Source: Stramenopiles sp. TOSAG23-2 (Eukaryota). From it: a stretch of 45,160 nucleotides of DNA. Numbering within the stretch: position 1 is the first letter of the stretch; the number at the start of each line of letters is the position of its first letter. Positions 1-11,556 of the stretch are shown in pieces. The stretch is taken from contig LT649289.1 of assembly GCA_900128395.1 (NCBI GenBank), positions 1 through 45,160 of the forward strand, in the 5' to 3' direction. Both the position numbers and the translations under genes were made by a program. The notes below the pieces were generated by a model, which was given only the letters and a program-made list of their open reading frames with translations, made no database searches and had not been told where the DNA came from.

Positions 1-1291
1 TAAATATTTTTTCTTGACACACACAGAGAGAGACAGAGAGAGAGATAAAAAAGACAGCTAGCCAGAAAAAAAGACTTCCGTTTTTGTATTCTTACTATCT
101 ATGCTGCACCTTTCCATCCTTTGTGTCTATTGATGTATATATAAATGCAATATATCATTATTCATCATAGTTCATAGAACAAATCTTCTTCTTCGATATT
201 TCGAGAAGAATCTCCCGATCTCATCTGATATCTTTTATGAATAATTTCAATCGTAGCTAGTGCTGTGGCTATGTTATAATAGGAATCCAAAAAATATTAT
301 AGCGGAATAAACTAAGAATATCCGCTTTTTGGTAATATCCAATACCTCTCTATCAAATATACATAAATTAGTATACTAAATTAGTACTTAAATTAAACGT
401 CGTTTTGAAATCCACTAATAATCCTTCTCATTTACAAGGTTTATTGAAAGTATGTCCGAACATTATTATATCATCATACATAAAATCACAAAATATCAAA
501 TAATTCATCTATAAAAATATTAATCAAAATATCCGCAAAACAACAACAACAACAATTTAAATTGTTACAATTCTTTATTCTATTTATACATAATTTTACA
601 CAAGGAAAAATAATTTCTGAAATAATCGTTCATACTTTTTTTAAAATATATTAAGTATATATATTTGTATACTAAGATTCCGATTTTTTTATCGAGATGA
701 TTTTTTTCAAACAAATATTCTAAATGTGCAAATACATAAATATATCCGGATAGTATAGACTATAGAATAAATTTTTTGATCAGGCAAAAAAAAAATTTGT
801 ACTCCTGCAAAATATTTTGGCAAAAAAAATTATTATACCCGAATTAGGGCTTGACGATATCACTATGTTTAACAATAGAACGTTTTGTGAAAAATGTTTT
901 TTTGGTTTCACATTTTTGACACAAAAAAAAGTCCCAGTTTATCTTGGCTAGACGACTAGAAAATAATTATTATTATTGTGCATGCATGGCACACACCCAT
1001 ACAGATGTATACACACACACACACAATATATCTATCGTTGTTTTCTTTTCTGTTATTGGTATAATATATCTTTGCAATAAATATTCTTTCAAAATAGAAG
1101 AGGAAGTGCTGTGCATATTATTAATTGAATATATATATATATATATATATAATATTATTATTTTTTTTTGCATTTTAATAATTTCAAAAAAACAATATAC
1201 TATATAATAATTTCAAATAAAAGATTTTCGTCTTACCCCCCTCTATTTTCAATTTGAATATTCACGCAAGTTGTCATAAAAAAATATAACA

Positions 1292-2641
1292 ATGGCATCA
1301 ATTGCAGATGATGAATCGAAAACATCTAATAGTGGTAATGGTGGTAATATAAGTCCATCGTTAAATGAATCGTCAAATGTTCCAACTTATAATTTTGCTG
1401 TTCAAGGTCAAGGTGGCAAAATTCCACAAGTTGGTTTTGGTACGTCTGGTTTGAAAGGGGAAATGGGAGAAGAAGCTATAGTTGAAGCAATACGTTGGGG
1501 ATATCGTTTAATAGATACAGCTTTGCTTTATGGAAATCATGCCGAAGTTGGAAATGCTGTAGCGCGCGCAATGGCAGAATTAGATCTAGATCGCGATGAT
1601 ATCTTTATTACAAGTAAAGTTGGCTTTTTTCCACCAGATTCAAAAGGTAAGGATGATATCTGGATGTACAAAGGTGGCTTAAATTTAAAAGGTGATGAAG
1701 AAGAATCAATTGCTATATCATTATCTGAATTGAAATTGAAGTACGTTGATTTATTTTTAATACACAACCCGACTGCAAGTATTCAAGAATACAACAGTGC
1801 ATGTTTGCCACATTTTTTTGAATTATTTAATTATAAAGATAACGATGGTGCAGTGAAACCAAAGATATTACCAAATGGATATGATGCACGTGAAATGATG
1901 CAAGAAACAGCTAGGAAATCACTTACAGCAAAGGTGGATATGGATGTATCATATGAAAGACGAAAAGCATCTTGGAAAGCATTGGAAAAAGCAAAACGAC
2001 AAGGTAAATGTCGATACATTGGCGTTAGTAATTATACGAAAGAATTATTACTAGAGATGAAGGAATATGCTGAAATAATGCCAGCAGTCAATCAATTGGA
2101 ATACCATCCAAGATTTGCATCAAAAGAATTGCTTGAAACAGCAAAATCAATGGGTGTTATATTAATTGGTTATGGTATGGGAATGGCAACACAAATTTCT
2201 ATGTCAAGTGATGCGAATGTCACAAGTCCTGGTGCAAAAAGAGTCAATCGTACGTTAGAAGAAATTAGTAAACGAATGAATAAAAGCAAACATCAAATTC
2301 TTGCTCGTTGGATGAAACAACAAAATATAATACCGTTGCCACGTAGTTCGAATGGTAAACATATTCGGGAAAATATTGATATATATGATTTCGAATTAAG
2401 TGATGATGATATGATATTAATAGATAAGTGCAACGAAAATTATCCATATTATTGGGACAATCGAACATCATCAATAACAGTTAGACATGCTGTAACTAAA
2501 GCATTTGTCAATACGGGAAAAGCAATAGCAAGACATAGTCAATCATGGGCACAGAATGTTGGGAATTCACTGGGAGGGATGTCAGGTATGCCATCTATGT
2601 CTGGTTTGGGTATTGGCAGTACTGGCATTGGAAGTGTTTAG
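1292..2641 (+). CDS. Aldo/keto reductase family protein (449 aa)
   Basis: AKR motifs IPQVGFGT, GYRLIDTALLY (catalytic Asp/Tyr), IFITSKV (Lys), YVDLFLIH (His), IGVSNY, PAVNQLEYHP, IPLPRSS...HIRENIDIYDFELS. Confidence 0.93.
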   Translation: MASIADDESKTSNSGNGGNISPSLNESSNVPTYNFAVQGQGGKIPQVGFGTSGLKGEMGEEAIVEAIRWGYRLIDTALLYGNHAEVGNAVARAMAELDLDRDDIFITSKVGFFPPDSKGKDDIWMYKGGLNLKGDEEESIAISLSELKLKYVDLFLIHNPTASIQEYNSACLPHFFELFNYKDNDGAVKPKILPNGYDAREMMQETARKSLTAKVDMDVSYERRKASWKALEKAKRQGKCRYIGVSNYTKELLLEMKEYAEIMPAVNQLEYHPRFASKELLETAKSMGVILIGYGMGMATQISMSSDANVTSPGAKRVNRTLEEISKRMNKSKHQILARWMKQQNIIPLPRSSNGKHIRENIDIYDFELSDDDMILIDKCNENYPYYWDNRTSSITVRHAVTKAFVNTGKAIARHSQSWAQNVGNSLGGMSGMPSMSGLGIGSTGIGSV

Positions 2642-3059
2642 TGTCATCAAGTAATCTTGATAATGACTTTTATAACACATGAAGACGATGCAGGGAATGT
2701 GTTTTATAATTTTTTATTAATATACATGTGCATATGCCATAATATCTGGGAATGAGATTGGATATTATATATAATAAAAAAAGATGTACACATAATAATA
2801 ATATTTTAAAAGAATATCTTCTCTGTATGTAATTAATATTTTATATTTTGATTTTGATACAGTGGTTAAATCTTGTTTTAGATGACGACAAATAGCAAAT
2901 ACTATCCCTCTTCTCCTCTGTCAAATAAATGACTCACTTCTAATATCATACGCTCTGCTAATACTCACCCATATATATATATAATAAATAGACAATAGGA
3001 AGAGAGAAGAGATATATATGAAAGAACATAAATTGAAATCTTAATACGCTCGTTATCAC

Positions 3060-4879
3060 ATGATGGAACATTATAAACAATACTTCGACATGGAGTCACC
3101 GGAAGATAGAATATCTGCATGTTTCATATTAGCTGTCTTTGTATTTGTTGGTTCATCAGTAATAGATGGTTCTATTAATATATTGCAGTTGCATCACAGG
3201 CTCTATAAAACACATCAATTAAATACAGTTGCAGCATTATTGAGCTTTCTATTTACACTCGTCGCAGGAATTGTGAAAAACACGCATCCAACTATACTGG
3301 CATACATTGCTGACGAGGAAGCAAAACCATATTTATTCATATGGAAAGATTCACTTTCAATAAAATCACATCAAACTATATTTTTACACATTGTGTTTTA
3401 TTTATTAGGACACGTTGTCGCTGTTTTGTATAAGTTGATCATTGTAGCATTTAAAGCATATAAATATAGGCAGTTAACAAAAGTTGGGTTAAATAAATGT
3501 ACAGGGCAACCAAAGCGTATCTTAATTATTCATGCATCTGTTGGTAGTGGGCACAAGCGTGCCGCGCAAGCAATAGAAGAAGCTATTAAAAAACGCATTA
3601 TTAATTCAGGTGGTGAAATAGCAAGTGACAATGATAATGATAATAATAATGACGAGAAGAATGGTAAAACTGTTGTGAAAGTATTAGATATTATTGATAC
3701 ACAAGAATGGTTTTTACGAACAGTATATAAAAAAGGTTTTATGACATTAGTAGGTGAAGATTGGGGACAAGCATTTATCGGATTGATGTTTGATAGATCA
3801 AATCAGCAAGCTCCTGGATTAGATGTTGGCGAACATGGTTTCTTTCAAACTGTTTTAGAAGAAGCATTTTCATTATCGTTTGTCGAGTATTTATTTAATT
3901 TCAAACCAGATATTATAATCAATACGCATTTTCTTGGATTAAAGATTATATCACATTTAAGACAGAAATTACCTGCATTCAATGTACCGCAAGTAACAGC
4001 AGTAACCGATTTTGACGTTCATGCATATTGGGCATGTCAACCATGTGAGCATTTTTTCGTTGCAAGGGATGAATGTAGACATGCCTTACAAGAAATGGGA
4101 ATTTCAAATGATTTAATACAAATTACCGGTATGCCAATTGTTCAAGCATTTTCAAATGTACGTTCAAAACAAAAGTGTTTAAAAGATTTACAATTAGATG
4201 GTAAATTACCAATTATATTATTAATGGCTGGTGGCGATGATATCTTTGAAACGTATCATGCATTATTAGAAATGACAACTAGTGTACAGATTGCACTTGT
4301 ATGTGGAAGACATGAAGATTTGAGAGATCAATTATTAGCAATCAATGTACCGATTAGGCATAAAGTAAAAATTGAAGGTTTTACTCGTGTGATGCGTAAG
4401 TAAATTCTAATATATTCCCCTATATATATATATTAAACCTCTAAAAAGGATACCTTCTCTCTCTCTAACACCATTTTTCTTGTTCATATACGCTATGCTT
4501 CACAGATGAATATTTATCATGCGCTGATTTAATTATCACAAAACCAGGTGGATTAACAACTGCAGAATCATTGGCAATGGGTACTGCTATTGTTGTGTAT
4601 CATAGTTTACCCGGGCAAGAATTACGGAATGCAGATATGATATTAGAGGAAGGTGCAGGAATCAAAATAAATGATTCAAGGATGTTAGGATATAAAATTG
4701 AAAAAATTTTAAAAGACAAAAAACGTCTTGCTTCATTAAAAAAAAATGCAAAACGAATTGGTTCTACCGATAGTGCTGATAAAATTGCAAAATATATATT
4801 CAATGCTGATTATTATGATACATACATGTCATCAAATGCTCGTCGTAGTAATTATAAAAAAAGGGGGAAAAATGAATGA
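3060..4879 (+). CDS. GT28 glycosyltransferase, MGDG synthase / UgtP-like, with N-terminal membrane segments; exons 3060-4395 and 4506-4879 (569 aa)
   Basis: ILIIHASVGSGHKRAAQA, PDIIINTHF, AVTDFDVHAYW, ITGMPI. Splicing GTAAGT(4396)..CTAAC..CACAG(4505) gives GFTRVM-H-EYLSCADLIITKPGGLTTAESLAMG...PGQELRNA, the canonical GT28 C-terminal motif. Confidence 0.9.
4396..4505 (+). other. Spliceosomal intron (110 nt), member of a related-intron family
   Basis: GTAAGT donor, CTAAC at 4465-4469, CAG acceptor; removal joins two ORFs across a conserved motif. Confidence 0.9.
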
Positions 4880-5037
4880 GTGTGAAAACCAAAAGAGGGA
4901 GGAGAGAGAGAGAGGAAATAGTGAATGTGTGATGTGTGAATGTGTGAATGTGGTGGTTTTTTTTGTGTGCATGTCTTTACATAGAGTTGTTTTAATTATG
5001 AGAGGGATTTTTTGTATCATACAAAAATTTAAAATAT

Positions 5038-6405
5038 TTAAAATATTCTTTTTAACTCAGACGCATGTGCTGCTAGCCTATTGCACCCCTCCAAAAATGC
5101 AGCCTGGGAGTTATTTGGGTCAACTGCCGAGCGATCCAATATAGACAGGGAGTGAGCACACGTGCCTTTCTTTTTCATATACCGGACGACCTCTAAAATA
5201 CTTTTCTGAGTCTCAACCTGCAAAGACTGCCGAATGAATTTTTCTAGCTCCAAGAGCAACCTTTCGCATTGCTCGCTACTTAGGGCGTGCTTGGTACAAA
5301 ACTCGGCAGTCACGGTTTCAAGATTACTTGACGGCCCCAGAGGTATCACTACCTTGTCTGTCTTATCTTCCAGTCCAACTTTAAAGTAGAAGTCTTGGTT
5401 CAATAGCACCGGAACGACAACTTCCAGTAGACTGCGTTCCGACAAACTCATCTTTCCGCACTCGTGGGACTTGGAGAGCATTCTCTCCTGCAGCTGGCGG
5501 CACGCATTTTCATCCAACCCCTTGTAAGCCAGGCAGGCCTGTACTAATATTTGCTTATTGGCTTCGGGTTGCGGGCATTTCAAGCGAAGCAATTTTGTGT
5601 CGCACATACGTGGATCTACAAAAATACCCCGTGCTAATACGAGGCTGGCGTGCACGTATATGTCGTCCATCTCCACGCAAAATGTTCGAACGTACCCATG
5701 GGCTATCAGCAATAGTCTAATTTGTTCTCGCTTTTCGCCCTGCTGGTTGTGCTCTACGGCTACCGCACCAAATGTGTACTTGGAAAAATTAAAATTCTGC
5801 AATATCATGAATTCGGTCCCTTCCGTATCGAGCGATAAGAAATGGACAAAAGGAGGCGCATGATGTTCATCCATCACTTCTTCCAACGTTCGCGTTACAC
5901 GACGCGTCACTTCTCCCCGGGTCGAGTACAGCAAATGCTCGCGGATGCCGCTGTACAGATTTCTTGAGCTTGGATTTGCTCCCAATGTCATTTCACCGTT
6001 ATTATCATTTTTTAGGCGATTTGCAGCGACTTGGATATCCACGCTGCTGTTCTGGACATCTTCAAAAAAATCGACAACGATGCCAGATATATTCGAAAGC
6101 GGCTCATTCCTCATGGCACACCTCCGTCCGCTTGTTACCAAACGCGCATATTGACGAGAGGGCTCGACGCAGAGACCGGTCCACCCGAACGCTTTTTCGA
6201 GTGTCAAGGTGTTGCTCATATGGATTCCGTCCGCGGCTCCAATCTCAACAAAATACCCTGTTCCGAGGGGAACAGAGTCGCCATACACTTGTTGCATGAC
6301 ATATTTCTCTTGATCAACCTGGGAATGCCACACAATTTCACTGTCCCACACGCTTATGGACTGGGCCGACGCTACGAAAAGCAGGAAGAGGAGACCAACA
6401 GTCAT
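5038..6405 (-). CDS. FkbM-family (Methyltransf_21) SAM-dependent methyltransferase with signal peptide and Cys-containing C-terminal domain
   Basis: YFVEIGAADGIHMSNTLTLEKAFGWTGLCVEP, FLSLDTEGTEFMIL, AVAVEHN; hydrophobic N-terminus MTVGLLFLLFVASA. Confidence 0.88.
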   Translation of the reverse strand: MTVGLLFLLFVASAQSISVWDSEIVWHSQVDQEKYVMQQVYGDSVPLGTGYFVEIGAADGIHMSNTLTLEKAFGWTGLCVEPSRQYARLVTSGRRCAMRNEPLSNISGIVVDFFEDVQNSSVDIQVAANRLKNDNNGEMTLGANPSSRNLYSGIREHLLYSTRGEVTRRVTRTLEEVMDEHHAPPFVHFLSLDTEGTEFMILQNFNFSKYTFGAVAVEHNQQGEKREQIRLLLIAHGYVRTFCVEMDDIYVHASLVLARGIFVDPRMCDTKLLRLKCPQPEANKQILVQACLAYKGLDENACRQLQERMLSKSHECGKMSLSERSLLEVVVPVLLNQDFYFKVGLEDKTDKVVIPLGPSSNLETVTAEFCTKHALSSEQCERLLLELEKFIRQSLQVETQKSILEVVRYMKKKGTCAHSLSILDRSAVDPNNSQAAFLEGCNRLAAHASELKRIF

Positions 6406-7484
6406 CCCGCCACCACCACAGCCTTCTAAAGCAATCGAGGGGATAACAAGTTTGAAAAGAACACGACAGTTATTTCTCTTAACACATTCTTATTGACATC
6501 GTTGTAATTCGAACGAGAAAGACATGTGTTCATTTAGTCTGTATGTATTTCATCTAACCATTCCTCGTCGAGATATAATAATGTTTCTTCGCTTTCTTTT
6601 TCCTTTTTTTATTTTGCAAGTATAAATAATAATAATAGAAGAATAATATTATTATTATATTATATTTATAGATATTATGAATGATTAGATCTATGTTGTT
6701 GCCTATTATTTATTATTGAAATTATAATAGGTATGGCTATTGATGAAATTATTATTTTATTTTTCAAATATAAAAAAAATAATAGTCTGCGGCGCGTGTA
6801 CTTGGTAAATTAGATTACCGATTACCTATATATTTATAGCTTGTGTATATGATATATAGTCAATAGTCAAGGATATATGAAAAATATTATTTAGATTTAT
6901 AGGGTCGAGATCCTGATTATGATATCCTCGCCTCTTGCCTCTTTATCTTGCCTCTTGCAAGTCGCAAGTGTAGCAAGTTGCTTCTTGATATTATAATACT
7001 GGTATTACAATATAGCTAATGCTACGAGTGCCAAAATGCTGGACAACGAAAAAGAGCTTTACGATCACAAAATCATTTCATGTTGTTACCACGTATATCG
7101 AAATATTAATGATCTCTAAGAAGGAGAAATTGTATATATATTAATATATATATATATATATATATGGTAGTACTATCCCTTGTGTATTAATTAATATATA
7201 CGTATAAAATATATATGGAATGTAGTATATATATATGTATATATTGTACTTCTCTTTTATCTACATACAATGCATATAAATCTATAAATTTTGTTACTAA
7301 TGTGTCTTAGTTATTCATATTTTTGTTCAAAATAATGAATGCACAAATCGATCACAATTATTATTATTATTTTTTAGTCTTTTTGTTTTTAGTTTTGGCA
7401 TTTTTCTATTTTAAGGTAAGGGCTGTAGCAGGGAAGAACGAAGGGAATAATCGAGTAGCATTTTTCCTATAGAATTTTAGAATC

Positions 7485-7757
7485 AAATTTATGACTATCG
7501 AAAAAATTTAGTAGGGGAAGATATTGAAAATGCCGTTGGACCAATGGATTTGTTAAAATATTGCAAAACAGATCAAGAAAGAAAAGAAATGGAGGCTGTA
7601 ATTAACATAGGAAAAGAGTTAAATGGTATGACGAGTGATGGGATACCATATATTTATCGTTGTTGGGCCGATACAGAGTTTCAAAATGCCCATGAAGTTC
7701 TTGGTAAAAAACCACAAGAATATTTTCATAAAATTATAAAAAAACCAATACTCGACG
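7485..7757 (+). pseudogene. 273-bp near-identical copy of an internal part of the CRAL-TRIO gene (12689-12961)
   Basis: Matches 12689-12961 at offset 5204 with one mismatch seen (G7535 vs A12739); lacks the gene start and 3' part. Confidence 0.9.
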
Positions 7758-7916
7758 CGACTACGATATATATTATTAGAATTTTTTATATGATATAATA
7801 TATATTTTTTATAATAAAAAAATATTAATAATAATTTTAATAAAATTAATGTGAGCATCAGAAATGTTATACACACGACGGCAGCGCATTTAGCTATTGG
7901 TGTCACCACACACACA

Positions 7917-8055
7917 CATGTTATGTGAAATCAGACATATTCTCTCTTCTTCCACGCACACATGTTATGTGAAATCAGACACATATTCTCTCTTCTTCCA
8001 CGCACCATGCGTTATGTGAAATCAGAGACATATTCTCTCTTCTTCCACGCACCAT
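7917..8055. repeat. Minisatellite, 3 imperfect copies of about 44-47 bp
   Basis: Unit CATGTTATGTGAAATCAGACATATTCTCTCTTCTTCCACGCAC starting at 7917, 7961 and ~8006, with small indels. Confidence 0.9.
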
Positions 8056-8238
8056 ATGTTTCAAAAAAATATACATTTTTTTACTTGTTATTTTGTTTTA
8101 TTAATATTTGTGTAATATTGTGGTGCATAAATGATGTATCACAATCGTTTCAATCATCTCCTATTTTTTTCCTTATTTCTTTGTTTTAGACTTTACGTTT
8201 TCTATTACTCTCGGTTTCCAAGTTTCCAATACCATTTT

Positions 8239-11200
8239 TCAATCTTCTTTGTGTTCATCATCATCAACATTAACATTAACTTTCTCTTCTTCTTCTTCCG
8301 TATTCACCACACCATTCTCCTGCCCGTTCATTGTTGTTCCAACTTCTTCTATTACTGTTGCCACACCCAAACGTTCCATCATCATTTCATTCATCATTGA
8401 TTCATGTTCATAATTACGCTTACCACCTTTTGGTCGATACGACATAACTTCATGACCATTTAACATCTTTCGTATTGTTTTAGCAGTCTTATTATTTGCT
8501 TTTATTTCAGTATCACTAGCTTCAAATACCCAATCATCTACTTTTGACATGATGAACAATAATTCTTTTTTTTCATCCAAAACCATTTGTAAACTACGAA
8601 GACAACTATCATCTTCTAATACACCTCCTGTCAAAATTATTACAACATATTCAGCTTCTGAAACAACAGATATAATTGTTTGTTGGCGAGACAGTAATGA
8701 TTTTTCTATATCTTGACCAATATGTTTTCCAGATTTTATATTGTCAACTGAATTTTCAGCATAAATAACCATAAATGAATGTGTTTTAAAACTAAGATAA
8801 ATTGGTCTAGGTACTTGAATCTCAGCACGACGTAACAATTCATACACCATAGCTTCATATTCAAATCCACGACGTCGATGTGGTATCATTTGATCATTAT
8901 CATGCATGTCAATTATCACTTTACGTATATGATTTGCAGTGTCAGGACTGCCTTGGAGTCTTGAAAATTTAGTAAATCCCATATCTTTGGTCTCAAGGTC
9001 CGTATATGTCTTTTCCAACGTTGAAACAATTTTCCCTTTTGCATCAAATCCCATTGAACTTTTCCATCCACGCTCTTCCGCATTTTTATGATTTGACTTG
9101 CGCGAACACATATTTGCTTGCCATCGATTTAAATTCCATTGCCAAAACATTGGATTTTCTTCTACAATAACAAAAATTGGTTTGTTATAGAATAATGCAG
9201 TAGCAAATTCTAATAAACAATACCATCTTGACATATAACTATTTGTTAACATGACAACAAATATATCAGAATCAATCACACCTTGTATCATACTATTCGC
9301 ATCAATTTTTTTCTGTGACATATCACGCCATACATGTACCCCGGATTGTTTCAATGTATTAAATAATGTACCAACCTCCCCAGACGATTCAGCTTGCATA
9401 TGGGATATAAACATATGGTATTTCATAGGTTGTTGACCCGGTTCGTTTTTATTGCTTGGATTCAAAAAACGGTGATCCAATATATTTTGAAGAGATGGTC
9501 TTTCATTTGGTTTACCTTTCAGACACCAACGAATTAAATTTTTTGCATCGTTTATTGTTTGTATGTTTGCCGTATCAGTTTTACTAAATATCACATCAAA
9601 ATATGTATCGGGAATAGTATGCCATGCACACAATATGGCTTTATCTGGTTTATTTGCTAAATTATCATCACTAATATCTTGTGGAAATAAATTTTGACCA
9701 GTACATAATTCGTATAATAATACACCTAATGACCAAACATCAAATGATGATTTTATTATGTCCAACTTGCCACCAATAGTAGTGAATATACAACGAGCTA
9801 ATTCAGGTGGACAATATCCGGTACTATATTTTAAGCTGTTATCCCGTTGGCTATCTTTTTCACATGCAGCATCCATATCACATAATAGCAATTGTTCTTC
9901 TTTGATGCCATCGCGTCTAACATATAAAAAATTACGTGGTTTTAAATCACAATGTACATATTTTAAATCATGATGCAATTCTTTTACTTTTGTCACAGCT
10001 TGATGAAATATATTGACAATTTTATATGGATTGTAACCAGCAATACGTTGTGTAGAAAGCTCGTGAAATAACGATACAATACCACGTTCCATGACTAATA
10101 CATATTGGTACTCAGAGTGAAAGGTTGGTTCTACGATACAAACTCGTTGTTTTCCATGATGATTTTCTAATGGAAGTTTTGTTTCAGCGTTTGGTAAATG
10201 CCATCCAAGTACTTTGACAACACATTTATCAATTGTACTATCAGAATTAATATCACTAATAAATCGTGCAGTAATCTCACGTTCAAATTCATCATAATTC
10301 TTCATTAATTTTAATGCTACTTGGTTATTGTTATCTTCAATATCTGTAGCAAAAAATACAATCGATGTGGAGGATTGATGTACAGGTTTTTCTTCGCTGG
10401 TAATTTTATAACGTTGAAATTTCGTACCGAGCGATTTGGCCCATTTAACGACTAATGGCCATTCGCAATAACGTATTATAGCATCTCGATCTCGATCAGC
10501 AGCATCATGGTATATTGGTTTAATTTTGTTATAAATGTGTTTCGTTAATATAAGATGTTTGTCTTCGTTGGATTTATTAAATTGCATTTCGCATATGTAA
10601 TGTAAATTTGTTTTACCATTTATTTCGAATTCTTCATTGTTTTGATTGATACGTTTAATCCTTGATGCTAATGTTTTATATATGTTCATATTTAAAACAT
10701 CGATGGCGTATCGTAATAAGGGCTTTTCCGGATTATTGGACATGTGATCATTGGACATATATAAAATTATACTACGATCATCTTCATTCATGCATTTCCG
10801 AAATAATTCCATATTTTCAGATTTGATTGCATTGTGTAAATTAGATAATTCTTCTACACATTTTCCACCTTTTGAACGTATAAGATCAATGATCTTTTGT
10901 ATAATTAGACTATGATTACCATAACATGCCCTGTCCAGGGGAGTGTATCCCACCGAATCCTTCTTATTAATGCTATTAAGAGACATATTAGTTAATAACA
11001 AATTAATCACCGCAGTACTCTTTTTGTTCCATTGTGCTGCCCAATGTAATGCAGTTAATCCATGTCTGCTATTTCCAATATTAAGATCAGCTTCACCTTG
11101 TTCAATCAAATATTTAACTATTTGGAAATGTTCTTTCTCTGCAGCTGCCATTAAAGGTGTACATTCGAAACTATCACTACGTTTACCTTCTTGATTCACG

Positions 11201-11556
11201 TATTCTTTCAATGTCATATTATTATTATTACCATTACTACCATTCACATCATTATTACGCCCTGTAATCAATAATTTCACATCCTCAAAACGTCCTTTTT
11301 CACATGCACATACTAATGGCGTACCTTTTGGAAATTCTGTTTTATACTTTTCTTTTAATTTCGTTACCACATTACTATCAATTACTGTTTTTGTTATTGA
11401 ATTATTACTCGCATTATTATTGTTGTTGTTATTATTATTGCTATCATTACTCCCAGTGCTGTTGTTATCACCATTGTTTACAGCATCAACTCCTTGTCGA
11501 TTTGGAGCACCGATTCCATTAGATTCATCTTTTGCATTTGACGCCGTGCACCCCAT
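8239..11556 (-). CDS. Ankyrin repeat + Ser/Thr-type protein kinase + TIR domain protein with predicted N-terminal acylation (~1105 aa)
   Basis: Likely start MGCTAS at 11556; ankyrin repeats (TPLVCAC, TPLMAAA, TALHWAA, TPLDRAC); kinase VALK, HCDLKPRN, CDMD, STGYCPPE, DVWSLG; TIR YHMFISH...VWRD...SDIFVVMLTNSYMSRWYCLLE. Confidence 0.9.
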   Translation of the reverse strand: MGCTASNAKDESNGIGAPNRQGVDAVNNGDNNSTGSNDSNNNNNNNNNASNNSITKTVIDSNVVTKLKEKYKTEFPKGTPLVCACEKGRFEDVKLLITGRNNDVNGSNGNNNNMTLKEYVNQEGKRSDSFECTPLMAAAEKEHFQIVKYLIEQGEADLNIGNSRHGLTALHWAAQWNKKSTAVINLLLTNMSLNSINKKDSVGYTPLDRACYGNHSLIIQKIIDLIRSKGGKCVEELSNLHNAIKSENMELFRKCMNEDDRSIILYMSNDHMSNNPEKPLLRYAIDVLNMNIYKTLASRIKRINQNNEEFEINGKTNLHYICEMQFNKSNEDKHLILTKHIYNKIKPIYHDAADRDRDAIIRYCEWPLVVKWAKSLGTKFQRYKITSEEKPVHQSSTSIVFFATDIEDNNNQVALKLMKNYDEFEREITARFISDINSDSTIDKCVVKVLGWHLPNAETKLPLENHHGKQRVCIVEPTFHSEYQYVLVMERGIVSLFHELSTQRIAGYNPYKIVNIFHQAVTKVKELHHDLKYVHCDLKPRNFLYVRRDGIKEEQLLLCDMDAACEKDSQRDNSLKYSTGYCPPELARCIFTTIGGKLDIIKSSFDVWSLGVLLYELCTGQNLFPQDISDDNLANKPDKAILCAWHTIPDTYFDVIFSKTDTANIQTINDAKNLIRWCLKGKPNERPSLQNILDHRFLNPSNKNEPGQQPMKYHMFISHMQAESSGEVGTLFNTLKQSGVHVWRDMSQKKIDANSMIQGVIDSDIFVVMLTNSYMSRWYCLLEFATALFYNKPIFVIVEENPMFWQWNLNRWQANMCSRKSNHKNAEERGWKSSMGFDAKGKIVSTLEKTYTDLETKDMGFTKFSRLQGSPDTANHIRKVIIDMHDNDQMIPHRRRGFEYEAMVYELLRRAEIQVPRPIYLSFKTHSFMVIYAENSVDNIKSGKHIGQDIEKSLLSRQQTIISVVSEAEYVVIILTGGVLEDDSCLRSLQMVLDEKKELLFIMSKVDDWVFEASDTEIKANNKTAKTIRKMLNGHEVMSYRPKGGKRNYEHESMMNEMMMERLGVATVIEEVGTTMNGQENGVVNTEEEEEKVNVNVDDDEHKED

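Noticed and set aside
160-520. Minus-strand coding-like fragments (LDSYYNIATALATIEIIHKRYQ...)
   Set aside because: Short, interrupted by stops, no recognisable family.
944-1207. Short ORFs here and the many antisense or overlapping ORFs in the track (e.g. 4746-5144, 5558-5863, 23458-23874, 30552-30998)
   Set aside because: Microsatellite or low-complexity translations, or shadows of well-supported genes on the other strand.
7917-8055. Three ~45-bp repeats as a CRISPR array
   Set aside because: Head-to-tail copies with no unique spacers, no cas genes, eukaryotic context.
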